Shown here: in pieces, positions 10,446-19,432 of the stretch
Position numbering within the stretch: position 1 is the first letter of the stretch
Layout of the letters: the number at the start of each line of letters is the position of its first letter
NCBI GenBank assembly: GCA_963726195.1
Contig: CAVSBO010000015.1
Coordinates: 65,275-129,274, forward strand
Length of the DNA: 64,000 nt
Direction: 5' to 3'
Source: Candidatus Thorarchaeota archaeon
GTDB lineage: Archaea > Asgardarchaeota > Thorarchaeia > Thorarchaeales > Thorarchaeaceae
Translations under genes and position numbers: made by a program
The notes under the pieces: generated by a model
Database searches by the model: none
The model's input: the letters and a program-made list of their open reading frames with translations, nothing else
What the model was told of the DNA's origin: nothing

Positions 10446-10856
10446 ATGCTGGCTGTCAAGATGGCGATAGTAGCTGTGTCAATGTCTGATTCTGAATTGA
10501 ACGAGCTTGAGAACATGCAAACCGACGGTGGCTTTTCCAGTAGGTCAGAAGTCGTGAGACACGCACTTCAGTCTCTGATTGCAGAGCAGAGAACGCTTGA
10601 ACAGGCTTCAGGTGACATTACGGCTGTCCTCACGGTCGTGTATTCAGAAAAGGGAAAAAACGACCAGTGTGATCAGGTCCAACACGATTACAGTCAAATG
10701 ATAACCGCGGTCATGCATGCTCACGCGACCGATGGCGGTTGCGTCGAAGTGATGTTGGTCAAAGGTGGGGCAAGCGATGTGAGGGAGTTTCTGAAGAGGC
10801 TTAGAGCCCAAAAGCACGTGATTCGTGTTCAGGTTAACCTTGTTGGAGCGCAATGA
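10446..10856 (+). CDS. nikR: NikR-family metal-responsive transcriptional regulator (RHH + ACT-like metal-binding domain)
   Basis: The RHH N-terminus reads VSMSDSELNELENMQTDGGFSSRSEVVRHALQSLI. The C-domain reads AVLTVVYSEKGKNDQCDQVQHDYSQMITAVMHAHATDGGCVEVMLVKG, which matches the NikR layout. Confidence 0.75.
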   Translation: MLAVKMAIVAVSMSDSELNELENMQTDGGFSSRSEVVRHALQSLIAEQRTLEQASGDITAVLTVVYSEKGKNDQCDQVQHDYSQMITAVMHAHATDGGCVEVMLVKGGASDVREFLKRLRAQKHVIRVQVNLVGAQ

Positions 10857-10857
10857 C

Positions 10858-11660
10858 ATGGAACCGAAATACCTCTTTGATGCCGCGAATCTCTCAGTCA
10901 GATATCCGAATGGAGAGGTAGCATTACATGATGTCACTTTCAGAGTGAAAGCTCCATCGTTTACTGCTATCATCGGTCCGAATGGGTCAGGAAAGAGCAC
11001 ATTGCTCAAGACCGCACTAGGCATGCTCAAGCCTCTCACGGGATATGTAAAGGTCCTAGGTTATGATTCAGTCCGTGACAAGGTGAAGATTCGAAGACTC
11101 GTACGATACGTGCCGCAAAGAGACAGAATCGGGCTCACTGTGCCAATGAAGGTCAAGGACATTGTGCTCATGGGCCGATTGCTGAAAAAGCTCCCCCTAG
11201 GCTTGCTTCCAGTAATGACATCGAAGTTGCCAAGACTGCATTGAAACAGGTCGACATGCTCGACATGTGGAACCATCCTTTTCCAGAACTTTCCGGCGGT
11301 CAACGCCAAAGAGTTCTCGTTGCGAGGGCATTAGCCGGAAAGGGCGAAATACTCATGCTTGATGAACCTCTTACTGGCACCGACATAGAGAGCCAGGATT
11401 TGATTGTCAAGGCCCTAAGTGATTACCACCAGAACAACGACGTTAGCATTGTAATCGTCACTCACGACCTCAACCCAGTTCACACGCTAGTTGAGAATGT
11501 CGTCCTTCTCAAGGGAACCGTTGAAGGAATCGGTGAGCCATGCAGCATTATGGATCCTGAGATTGTTGCTCGCGTCTACGGGCCAACTGCTAGGATTGTG
11601 GAATACGGTGGACACAAGTACTGTGTGATGAAGGACCTGGGGTTTGATCATCATGATTGA
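10858..11660 (+). CDS. Metal ABC transporter ATP-binding protein (ZnuC/TroB-like), reading frame broken near 11190-11215
   Basis: Walker A (GPNGSGKSTLL) is in the first ORF. The signature LSGGQRQRVLVARAL and Walker B (ILMLDEP) are in the second. The second frame reads back as ASSNDIEVAKTALKQVDML, bridging the gap. The break lies beside the aaaaagctccccc homopolymer runs. Confidence 0.8.
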
Positions 11661-12591
11661 CATCATTCAACTCATCCTATCAACGCCGTTCTTGCAGCGC
11701 GCACTTGTTGGTGCAATACTCATTGCAATCGTGTCTTCTACCAGCGGTACATTTCTCGTGTTCCGAGGTCTCTCGTTCATGACGTCCGGTGTTGCCCATG
11801 CCGCCCTAGGGGGTGCAGCTCTCGGGTTGTTCTTGCAGTACTCGGGACTGGTCCCTTGGTTCGATCCAATACTCGGGGCACTTGTCTTCAGCGTCTTTGT
11901 GGCGCTGGTAACAGGGTACGCTGGTGAGTCAGGATTGACGGAGAAGATGGAGGTCGCAGTCGGCGTATCATTTGCGTTGTCGATGAGCATTGCGGTATTC
12001 CTGATGTACTACATTCCGCCAGCACAGGTTCCGCAAATATGGGGCTATCTCATAGGCGACATCCTACTGCTTAACACCTTCGATATTGTCATGCTTGCAG
12101 GAACAGCTTTGCTTCTTCTCCTTGTCACGATGATGTTCAACAAGGAGTTCGTCTATGTCAGCGTTGACATGGAGGGTTCTCTCGCGCACGGGTTGAACGC
12201 ACGTCTGTATCACTACTTGATGCTCGTGATGTCAGCACTTGCCATCGCTCTTGCCACCAAGGCGGTCGGAGCGATTCTTGTGTACGCCATTATGGTCGCC
12301 CCTGCCGCGGCATCCAATGAGGTTGTTCATTCCGTCCGAGGTGTTGTCATAGCGGTCTTCTGCATTGCAGTTTTTTCAGAGATGGTTGGGCTTGCAGCGT
12401 CATTTGCAGTCAGAGCGTCACCAAGCGCGATTGCGGGCATCATTGCAGCATTATCATATGTCGTAGCGATACAAATCAAGAGAACTCGTGAGAGAGTAAA
12501 GCACCTAGACGTGCCATCAAGCCCGGAGGATTCGAAGAAGGTCAATGTAGAGGAGGCATTTGTCCAGCCAGATGTCAATCATTCCCATTGA
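11644..12591 (+). CDS. Metal ABC transporter permease (ABC-3 / ZnuB-TroC family)
   Basis: It is polytopic. FLQRALVGAILIAIVSSTSGTFLVFRGLSFMTSGVAHAALGG is typical of ABC-3 permeases. It overlaps the end of the ATPase gene. Confidence 0.8.
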   Translation: MIIMIDIIQLILSTPFLQRALVGAILIAIVSSTSGTFLVFRGLSFMTSGVAHAALGGAALGLFLQYSGLVPWFDPILGALVFSVFVALVTGYAGESGLTEKMEVAVGVSFALSMSIAVFLMYYIPPAQVPQIWGYLIGDILLLNTFDIVMLAGTALLLLLVTMMFNKEFVYVSVDMEGSLAHGLNARLYHYLMLVMSALAIALATKAVGAILVYAIMVAPAAASNEVVHSVRGVVIAVFCIAVFSEMVGLAASFAVRASPSAIAGIIAALSYVVAIQIKRTRERVKHLDVPSSPEDSKKVNVEEAFVQPDVNHSH

Positions 12592-12686
12592 CAGGAGCAA
12601 GTGCCTGCACAATATCTCCGGTACACTATGCAGTTTCTTGGCGGTATGTTTAAGTAAGATACGGGGGCTCCCCGCCGGCAAGGTCG

Positions 12687-13091
12687 GTGAGAACGGCTGT
12701 GAGCGATGAGGTTCCAGAGCGCCGCGAGGTTGTACGATCCACCATAATCTCGGTGATGCTTGCTGTGGTTTTTCTTATTCTCGCCATTGCTTTCTGGGCT
12801 TGGTCAGCTCCCGGACTTGTAAGTCCGGTTTCTCTCCTGAATTCCGTCAATCCATACATAACCGTGGTCCTTGAGATTCTGGCGATGTTCGGTTTCTTTG
12901 TTTTCGTAACAGTAACCGTGGTGAATCTCCGGCTTGGTCTCACGGAGATACGTGCGGGATGGACTGAGATAATCGCGATGATTGTCTTGGTGACGGTAGT
13001 CTCCTGGGCGATGTTTGGTGCAAGTGTAAGCGGAGCTAGCATGATTCTCTCGCTGGCCTTTGTAGTCTATCTGTACTTGCTCCAAGATTGA
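12687..13091 (+). CDS. Hypothetical small membrane protein
   Basis: The 134-aa product has about four hydrophobic segments. I recognised no family. Confidence 0.35.
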   Translation: MRTAVSDEVPERREVVRSTIISVMLAVVFLILAIAFWAWSAPGLVSPVSLLNSVNPYITVVLEILAMFGFFVFVTVTVVNLRLGLTEIRAGWTEIIAMIVLVTVVSWAMFGASVSGASMILSLAFVVYLYLLQD

Positions 13092-13316
13092 GCGCAACAG
13101 CAGGCGGCGCGCGAACAGAAGCATGGCCTCTAACTTGGAAACACCATAAGGTTTATGTGGTAAGTCCAAGGTAAGCCCGATTAGTCCAGTGGCAGAACTC
13201 GAGAACGCTAGCCGCATTGAACGCGTCTGAACTGGCTGGCCTCATCGGCTGGCTCTAATGGTTCTGAGCTCGTGACCTCGCGATATTGTTGCGAGCACTA
13301 CTTGGAGGATATTGTC

Positions 13317-14050
13317 ATGTTTGGTATCAGCGGCGCAGGCTACGATATGAGCACTAGCATATTCAGCCCTGACGGCCGTATATTCGCCGCAGAATATGCA
13401 AAGAAGGCTGTGGAGCAAGGAGCGACATCGATAGGCATTCTCGTCAACGACGGAGTGGTTCTTCTGGCCGAGAAGAAGATGATGCCGCTGCAGGAATCAG
13501 AAAGTGTAGAGAAGATATCCAAGGTCGACGACCATGTGGGCGTTGCAACGTCCGGCTTCATGGCTGATGCTCGGAGACTGCTTGAGGAAGCGAGAATCAA
13601 GGCACAGTCTTACTGGGTCACGTATGATGAGCCTATTCCTGCCGAGGCACTAGCCGAACACATATGCGATATCAAATCACAGTTCACACTCGATGCCAGG
13701 GGTCGTCCATTTGGAGTAGCGATGATCATCGCATCAGTCGATCCGGATGGCCAACCTCATCTGTTCGTTACCGACCCAGTAGGGACCTACTTTGGCTTTC
13801 TCGCTGCAGTAATCGGCCGCGGGAGCACTCGAGCGGGAGAATACCTTGAGAAGCAGTACAAGCGTAAGTTGAAGCTGCCCAGGCAACTACTCTGGCAGTT
13901 GATGCTCTTCGCCAAGCCAGTGATACAGAACTAACTTCCGAGAATGTTGAGATAGCCAGAATAGCTGTTAGTGACGGCAAGTTCTATAGACTTACTCGGT
14001 CAGAGATTGACGGTCTCCTTACGCCCGCGAAACCAGAGAAGAAGTCCTAA
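13317..14050 (+). CDS. psmA: Proteasome subunit alpha, reading frame broken near 13865-13880
   Basis: YDMSTSIFSPDGRIFAAEYAKKAVEQGATSIGI...GVATSGFMADAR...GRPFGVAMIIASVD are classic alpha-subunit motifs. After YLEKQYKRK the homologous C-terminus (EAAQATTLAVDALRQASDTELTSENVEIARIAVSDGKFYRLTRSEIDGLL) continues in another frame to the stop at 14048-14050. Confidence 0.85.
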
Positions 14051-14065
14051 GGAGATGGCAGAAAG

Positions 14066-14791
14066 TTGATGGGTTCGGGCACCAAGGCGGGCGACAAGTG
14101 GGTAAAGCTTGATTCCGTAATCATAGGCTGGCAGAAGGGTCATCTTCGGTTTGAGATACTCGTGGATCCGGAATTGGCTTTCAGGTACAGACGGGGTGAA
14201 GACGTGCCCCTTGAGGACATCCTGAAGTCCTATGATATCTATGAGGATGCCAAGCGAGGGGGTCACGCTTCAATGGATCTCGTGAAAGACACATTCGGGA
14301 CGACCGAGATATTCGAAATCGCTCCCGAGATAATCAAGCACGGACAATTCAAACTCACGGCGGAGCAACGAACGCAGCTTGTGCAAGAGAAAACCGAAAC
14401 GATCATTGCTAGCATCGCGAAACGCGCTATTAACCCACAAACAGGGCACCCACATCCCCCAGAAAGGATTCGTCAAGCAATGCAGGAGGCCAAGGTCAGG
14501 GTTGACCCGTTCATCAAGGTTGATGAGCAAATCCCCAATGTTGTCAAGGCACTACTTGTAATCATTCCGATTTCCTTTGAGAGTGTCAAGATCAGGATTA
14601 CGATACCTGCGGCCTATACAGGAAAGGGGTACAGCATGGTGGCCAATGTCGGTGTGGTCAAGTCGGATGCCTGGGAGCGTGATGGCTCGTGGTCTGGACT
14701 TGTCGAGATACCCGCATCGGAGAGACAGACGCTCTACGATGAACTGAATAAGATGTCGAAGGGACAGATTCGGATTGAGGTGGAGAGGTAG
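14066..14791 (+). CDS. SBDS/SDO1-family ribosome maturation protein
   Basis: LRFEILVDPELAFRYRRGEDVPLEDILKSYDIYEDAKRG is the SBDS N-terminal (FYSH) domain. The position between psmA and rrp4 is canonical. Confidence 0.85.
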   Translation: MMGSGTKAGDKWVKLDSVIIGWQKGHLRFEILVDPELAFRYRRGEDVPLEDILKSYDIYEDAKRGGHASMDLVKDTFGTTEIFEIAPEIIKHGQFKLTAEQRTQLVQEKTETIIASIAKRAINPQTGHPHPPERIRQAMQEAKVRVDPFIKVDEQIPNVVKALLVIIPISFESVKIRITIPAAYTGKGYSMVANVGVVKSDAWERDGSWSGLVEIPASERQTLYDELNKMSKGQIRIEVER

Positions 14792-14858
14792 TTCTCAATC
14801 CCAACCAAGCAATCAAGATCATCTACATAAAAGTGAAGAATGAGGGAATAGGAATACA

Positions 14859-15611
14859 TTGGCAGGCATATTCTTTCAGAAAAGGGAGATAGTGGTCCCA
14901 GGCCAACTGTTGGCCGAAGGAAGATATCGCGCCACGACAGGGACTTACTCCGAAGCCGATGGTAAGATATACTCGGCATTGGTTGGCCTCGCAGAGCTCC
15001 GGGGAAACACGGTGAAAGTCGTTCCACTCGAGGGAGTCTACATTCCGCGAGAGGGAGACTTCGTCATTGGGACTATAACGCAAGTAGCAGGTAACAACTG
15101 GAAGCTTGACATTGGTGGTCCCTACGAGGCGTCGCTCCATGCCAACAATGCGCTTCGACGTCCATATGACGAGGACATTTCGCACTACATGGACATAGGC
15201 GACGTGATATCTGCAGAGGTCATAACATTCGACAGGAACAGCGGACCATTTCTCTCCATGAAGGGCAGGGGTTTCAGGAAGCTAACCGAAGGGATGATTC
15301 TTGAAGTTAGCCCTGCAAAGATACCTCGAATTATCGGAAGAAGAGGTTCAATGATAAACATGATAAAGGATTTGTTGCACATCCAGACTGCAGTTGGGCA
15401 GAACGGTCGGATATGGATTCGGGCTTCAGACATCCCGACCCTACGTCTCGCGGTGAAGGCCTTCAAGATGATTGAGGAACAGGCCCACACGTCGAAACTG
15501 ACTGACAGGATCAATATCATGCTTCAGGAAGAGACGGCCAAGCTGAAAGGAACTCAGGGTGCACAACTCGGAAATGAAACTGATGATAGTGAAAAGGAGG
15601 ATTCGAACTAA
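14859..15611 (+). CDS. rrp4: Exosome complex RNA-binding subunit Rrp4 (S1 + KH)
   Basis: The S1-like segment is GDFVIGTITQVAGNNWKLDIGGPYEASL. The KH segment is IPRIIGRRGSMINMIKDLLHIQTAVGQNGRIWI. Confidence 0.85.
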   Translation: MAGIFFQKREIVVPGQLLAEGRYRATTGTYSEADGKIYSALVGLAELRGNTVKVVPLEGVYIPREGDFVIGTITQVAGNNWKLDIGGPYEASLHANNALRRPYDEDISHYMDIGDVISAEVITFDRNSGPFLSMKGRGFRKLTEGMILEVSPAKIPRIIGRRGSMINMIKDLLHIQTAVGQNGRIWIRASDIPTLRLAVKAFKMIEEQAHTSKLTDRINIMLQEETAKLKGTQGAQLGNETDDSEKEDSN

Positions 15612-15613
15612 AG

Positions 15614-16450
15614 ATGAGTCCAGAAACAAGACCAGACTTTCTTATCACACCCGAAGGTCTGAGGTTAGATGGTCGTAGATTCGATGAGCTGAGGCCGATT
15701 GAGCTTCAGTGTGGTGTGCTGAAAACCGCAGACGGGTCTGCTTCGATACGACAGGGCAAGACATACATCTTGGCAGCTGTCTATGGTCCGCGAGAGCTCC
15801 ATCCTCGCCATCTCACCCTAGGTGACAGGGCATTCCTAAGATGCGTCTACAGGATGGCGACGTTTTCGGTACCTGACAGAAAGAAGGCTGCCCCCTCACG
15901 GCGAGAGCGTGAAATCTCTATGGTCGTGTCGAATGCACTGGAACCAGCCATATTCTTAGAGGAGTTTCCAAAGACGGTCATCGATGTCTTCTTGCAGGTA
16001 ATCCAAGCAGACGGGGGAACTCGATGTGCTTCAATCACTGCAGCTTCTCTCGCTTTGGCGGATGCAGGTATCCCAATGCGCAGCCTCGTTCCTGCAGTTG
16101 CCGTTGGCAAGGCCGATGGCAAGCTGATTGTAGACCTAGGCGATGAAGAGGACAAGTATGGTCAGGGTGATGTACCAATAGCGATTCTTCCACGTACTGA
16201 AGAGTTGACACTTCTTCAACAGGACGGCTACTTCACACGCGAGGAGTTCCTAGAGGCCATGCAAATGGGCATCACCGCATGCAAGTACATCCACGAACTC
16301 CAGAAGGACGCTCTTAAGCGAGCATATGCGAAAAGGGCACCTGAAGGGTCGGAAGAGGAAGAGGACGAAGATGAGGGCGGATCGGAATACGAGGACAACC
16401 TTGAGGCCGATATCGGCGACTCCGACTACGACGAGGAGGATGAGCGATAA
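15614..16450 (+). CDS. rrp41: Exosome complex exonuclease Rrp41 (RNase PH domain) with acidic C-terminal tail
   Basis: RLDGRRFDELRPIELQCGVLKTADGSASIRQGKTYILAAVYGPRE...VIQADGGTRCASITAASLALADAGIP is the RNase PH fold. The last ~38 aa are D/E-rich. Confidence 0.9.
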   Translation: MSPETRPDFLITPEGLRLDGRRFDELRPIELQCGVLKTADGSASIRQGKTYILAAVYGPRELHPRHLTLGDRAFLRCVYRMATFSVPDRKKAAPSRREREISMVVSNALEPAIFLEEFPKTVIDVFLQVIQADGGTRCASITAASLALADAGIPMRSLVPAVAVGKADGKLIVDLGDEEDKYGQGDVPIAILPRTEELTLLQQDGYFTREEFLEAMQMGITACKYIHELQKDALKRAYAKRAPEGSEEEEDEDEGGSEYEDNLEADIGDSDYDEEDER

Positions 16451-17314
16451 ATGGGAGACTTCAGTGCCGAAGTAATCAGCCATATTGACCGCAACTATAT
16501 CATGGAGCTTCTCAAGAAGGGTGAGAGAATTGACGGGAGAACCTTTGACCAGTACAGACCCATTGACATCCAAGTTGATGTAGTTCCTGCAAAGGCTGAC
16601 GGTTCAGCGATTGTAAAGCTTGGCGATACGAGTGTCATTGCCGGCGTTAAGGTACTAGTCGGCGAGCCATTCCCGGATACACCCGATGAGGGCGTAACCA
16701 TGATTTCTGCAGAGATGGCACCAATCGCATCTCCGCTCTTTGAGGTTGGGCCTCCGAAGGAGGATGCCATAGAGCTGGCCAGAGTGGTTGACCGTGGTGT
16801 CCGAGAGTCTGAGACAGTAGATGCCAAGGCGTTGTGCATTGAGTCTGGCAAGAAGGTCTACATGGTCTTTGTGGATATCTACCCGCTCGAGCACGATGGC
16901 AATCTAATCGATGCCTCATCCATTGCCTCCAACGTGGCGGTGATGACGACGAGGTTTCCAGAAATGAAGTTCGAAGACAAGGAGGTCGTACCAACAGGTA
17001 GGCTGATTCCGATTCCAATCAAGAACTTGGCAGTGGAGTGTACCATTGTCAAGATTGGTAAGAATCTGATAGTCGACCCCGTCCTGAAGGAAGAGTTTGT
17101 TCAGGACTGCAGGCTGACTATATCAGTAGATCAGAATGATAACCTGACGGCCATGCAGAAGGGCGGAGGCTCTGGCCCGATATCTCTGAAGGAAATTGAA
17201 TCGGCCATTGACATTGCACTTCGAAGATCGAAGGACATCAGGAAAATCACCGAGGAAGCAGTCAAGTCAAAGAAGCCACCAGAGGAACCAGCGAAGTCAA
17301 AGAAGTCGCGTTAA
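16451..17314 (+). CDS. rrp42: Exosome complex subunit Rrp42 (RNase PH-like)
   Basis: RIDGRTFDQYRPIDIQVDVVPAKADGSAIVKLGDTSVIAGVK is present. The gene starts 1 nt after the rrp41 stop. Confidence 0.9.
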   Translation: MGDFSAEVISHIDRNYIMELLKKGERIDGRTFDQYRPIDIQVDVVPAKADGSAIVKLGDTSVIAGVKVLVGEPFPDTPDEGVTMISAEMAPIASPLFEVGPPKEDAIELARVVDRGVRESETVDAKALCIESGKKVYMVFVDIYPLEHDGNLIDASSIASNVAVMTTRFPEMKFEDKEVVPTGRLIPIPIKNLAVECTIVKIGKNLIVDPVLKEEFVQDCRLTISVDQNDNLTAMQKGGGSGPISLKEIESAIDIALRRSKDIRKITEEAVKSKKPPEEPAKSKKSR

Positions 17315-17321
17315 GTGTTAT

Positions 17322-17351
17322 ATGAGTGCTTCTACGACCTGGAGCACTCAT
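17322..17351 (+). terminator. Perfect 9-bp inverted repeat (ATGAGTGCT / AGCACTCAT, 12-nt loop) 8 nt after the rrp42 stop
   Basis: Read directly from the sequence at 17322-17330 and 17343-17351. It is followed by a short T-containing tract. Its function as a terminator or processing hairpin is inferred only. Confidence 0.3.
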
Positions 17352-17473
17352 GTAATGCTTTGATAGATAGATATGCTAATAAGACGAACCAACCCGCGAG
17401 AGTCAAACCCTGCCTTCCCCGTATGGGGAATCGTTTCTGGGTAATGCTCGCATGCATCTAGGAGAGCAGTAAG

Positions 17474-17779
17474 ATGCCACGAACCAAGAAAGTGCATAGC
17501 ACAGGCAGATTCGGTGCAAGATACGGTGCTAAACTTCGTCGCAGAGTCCTCGACATCGATAACAAGCGACATGAACCACATCGTTGTCCATCGTGCGCGA
17601 CACGTGCTGCTCTGAAACGAGAGGCTGCCGGCCTGTGGAGATGCAGCAAGTGCGGTCTGCTTTTCGCCGGGGGCGCCTATGTTCCGTATACTGAAGCAGG
17701 GAAGGCTGCGCTTCGTGCAGTCTCACAGAGGGTATCAGGTGACTTTCTCGCTCTTCAAAGCGAAGAGAAGGCCGAGTAG
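17474..17779 (+). CDS. rpl37ae: 50S ribosomal protein L37Ae (eL43)
   Basis: TKKVHSTGRFGARYGAKLRRRV is followed by the CPSC...CSKC zinc ribbon. Confidence 0.9.
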   Translation: MPRTKKVHSTGRFGARYGAKLRRRVLDIDNKRHEPHRCPSCATRAALKREAAGLWRCSKCGLLFAGGAYVPYTEAGKAALRAVSQRVSGDFLALQSEEKAE

Positions 17780-17816
17780 TCATTCCGTGATGCCCAGTTA
17801 GCCCGGGGGGCTTCGA

Positions 17817-18389
17817 GTGCCCTCAGTACTCATAACAACGTCGCGGAGGACGTCAAATCGTGTGCGTTCCTTCACCCGCGATCTGATGTCAGTCTTTCCG
17901 AATAGTGAAAGGTTCAATCGTGGCGGTATGAGTCTTGAGGAACTTATCGCTAGGACCAAGCAATCCGGAGCAAAAGCTGTGCTCATAGTGTCGATTTCGA
18001 AAGGGAATCCTCACGAACTCAGCATCATCTCGGCTACAGGGGATACAATGCTCTCGGCTTTGATAGACAGCGTACAGTTGCGTAGAGAGATACATCCGTC
18101 ACAGGCTCCTCGCATCAATGACATTCTTGAAATCGAAGTTGGTGATTCGCCCAGCGCACAGGCTCGGCAGATTTCAGAGATGATGTCTTCCTTGATGGAA
18201 GTACCTTTGAAGGCGTCTGGAAGCGTGGCGCCGCTGGGAGAGCAGGGTGTCAATCTGGCAATCATGAGATTTGTAGACATTTCTCAGGGCAGACTTATTT
18301 GGACTTACCATCATGCGTATGATGGAATCGAGATTGGCCCACGAATTCGCGTCTTTTCTGTGAGGAGGATTACGCCCAATGAGTATTAG
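17817..18389 (+). CDS. Brix-domain (Imp4-like) ribosome biogenesis protein
   Basis: VLITTSRRTSNRVRSFTRDLMSVFPNSERFNRGGMSLEEL matches the N-termini of archaeal Brix proteins. The position after rpl37ae is conserved. Confidence 0.8.
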   Translation: MPSVLITTSRRTSNRVRSFTRDLMSVFPNSERFNRGGMSLEELIARTKQSGAKAVLIVSISKGNPHELSIISATGDTMLSALIDSVQLRREIHPSQAPRINDILEIEVGDSPSAQARQISEMMSSLMEVPLKASGSVAPLGEQGVNLAIMRFVDISQGRLIWTYHHAYDGIEIGPRIRVFSVRRITPNEY

Positions 18390-18648
18390 GATGCTCGGCG
18401 GTCATGCAGTTCTCGAAATCGATCTAGAATCGAGTCAGATGGCAGAGACCATCAGGTCGGCCCTAGAACCAGAGACTGACTCAGTCCCTTCTGAACGCTC
18501 AGCAACTCAGGTGCGTGCAGAGGGCACGAGGCTCATCATTGAAATCACTGCCGAGGATCTAACTGCTCTGCGGGCCGCGATGAATTCATACTTGGCATGG
18601 ATATCCGGTTCCAAGAGGGCGCTGGAATCTGTTGATCAGGAGTCCTGA
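18379..18648 (+). CDS. pcc1: KEOPS complex subunit Pcc1
   Basis: The 89-aa product reads HAVLEIDLESSQMAETIRSALEPETDSVPSERSATQVRAEGTRLIIEITAEDLTALRAAMNSYLAWI, matching the Pcc1/CTAG fold pattern. Confidence 0.65.
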   Translation: MSIRMLGGHAVLEIDLESSQMAETIRSALEPETDSVPSERSATQVRAEGTRLIIEITAEDLTALRAAMNSYLAWISGSKRALESVDQES

Positions 18649-18754
18649 TTGCTGCGAAAGAGGGCAGCGTGAAGCTCACAGGGGAAAACGCTTAAGTTCC
18701 GAGCCCAGCCTCGCATCGGAGATAGACTAGTATTTCTCATGGAGTGGTCATATT

Positions 18755-19118
18755 ATGGCACAGAGGGTTCCTCCGAATCTTGAGCCAAGACTGGGTGAAT
18801 ACAGAAAGATGCTGGATGAATACGAAAGTTACTCGGCAACAGCAACTTTGTGGGAGAATCAAGTTAGCGAGCTGAGGTAGGACACTGGAAGAGCTGGGCA
18901 AACAGCCTGATGATGTTGTCACTTACAAGGTAGTGGGCCAAGTAATGTTCAGGGTGGAAAAATCGAAGATTATGGAAGAAATGCAGGCCGAGAAAGAAGA
19001 GAAGGAAAGAAGTCTCGCCACTTTGAAGAGGAAGATTGAAACCAAAGCCACGAAGATCAAGGAGAAACACGATGAGCTGCAGGTGGAGCTGAGCAAACAG
19101 AATCTAAGGCTTCCGTGA
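18755..19118 (+). CDS. pfdB: Prefoldin subunit beta, reading frame broken near 18875-18885
   Basis: ATG 18755 gives MAQRVPPNLEPRLGEYRKMLDEYESYSATATLWENQVSEL, then a stop. A shifted frame continues TLEELGKQPDDVVTYKVVGQVMFRVEKSKIMEEMQAEKEEKERSLATLKRKIE..., which is the prefoldin-beta hairpin and second coiled coil. The span is 3n+1. Confidence 0.7.
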
Positions 19119-19432
19119 GAGAGATGAATCCGGTCGTTTCCATTGGACTGCCGAGTCTTACGGACTCGGATGTTGAGAAGCTGGCAGAAGAATGCGAGTC
19201 CGAGATTAGCAGGTTCATCCTCGGAAAAGCCCCAAGAAAAAGCATCTCCGACATGTCTGTCGTCTGCAGGATGGAGTTGTCTCCTGACCGAAGCCAGCTT
19301 GACACTGACATCCAAGTAGACATCTCGCAGAGTTATGACACGGGACAATCACTGGACCATCTGGTCGATGAGGCAACCAAGCGAGCCTACGCTTGGCTTG
19401 AGAGGCGATTGATGGAGATGAAGGGAGCTTGA
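19115..19432 (+). CDS. Hypothetical protein (small acidic protein downstream of pfdB)
   Basis: The 105-aa ORF overlaps the pfdB stop and the next gene's start by 4 nt each, so it is translationally coupled. From memory it resembles a small conserved archaeal family (DUF3194-like); this is unverified. Confidence 0.45.
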   Translation: MREMNPVVSIGLPSLTDSDVEKLAEECESEISRFILGKAPRKSISDMSVVCRMELSPDRSQLDTDIQVDISQSYDTGQSLDHLVDEATKRAYAWLERRLMEMKGA

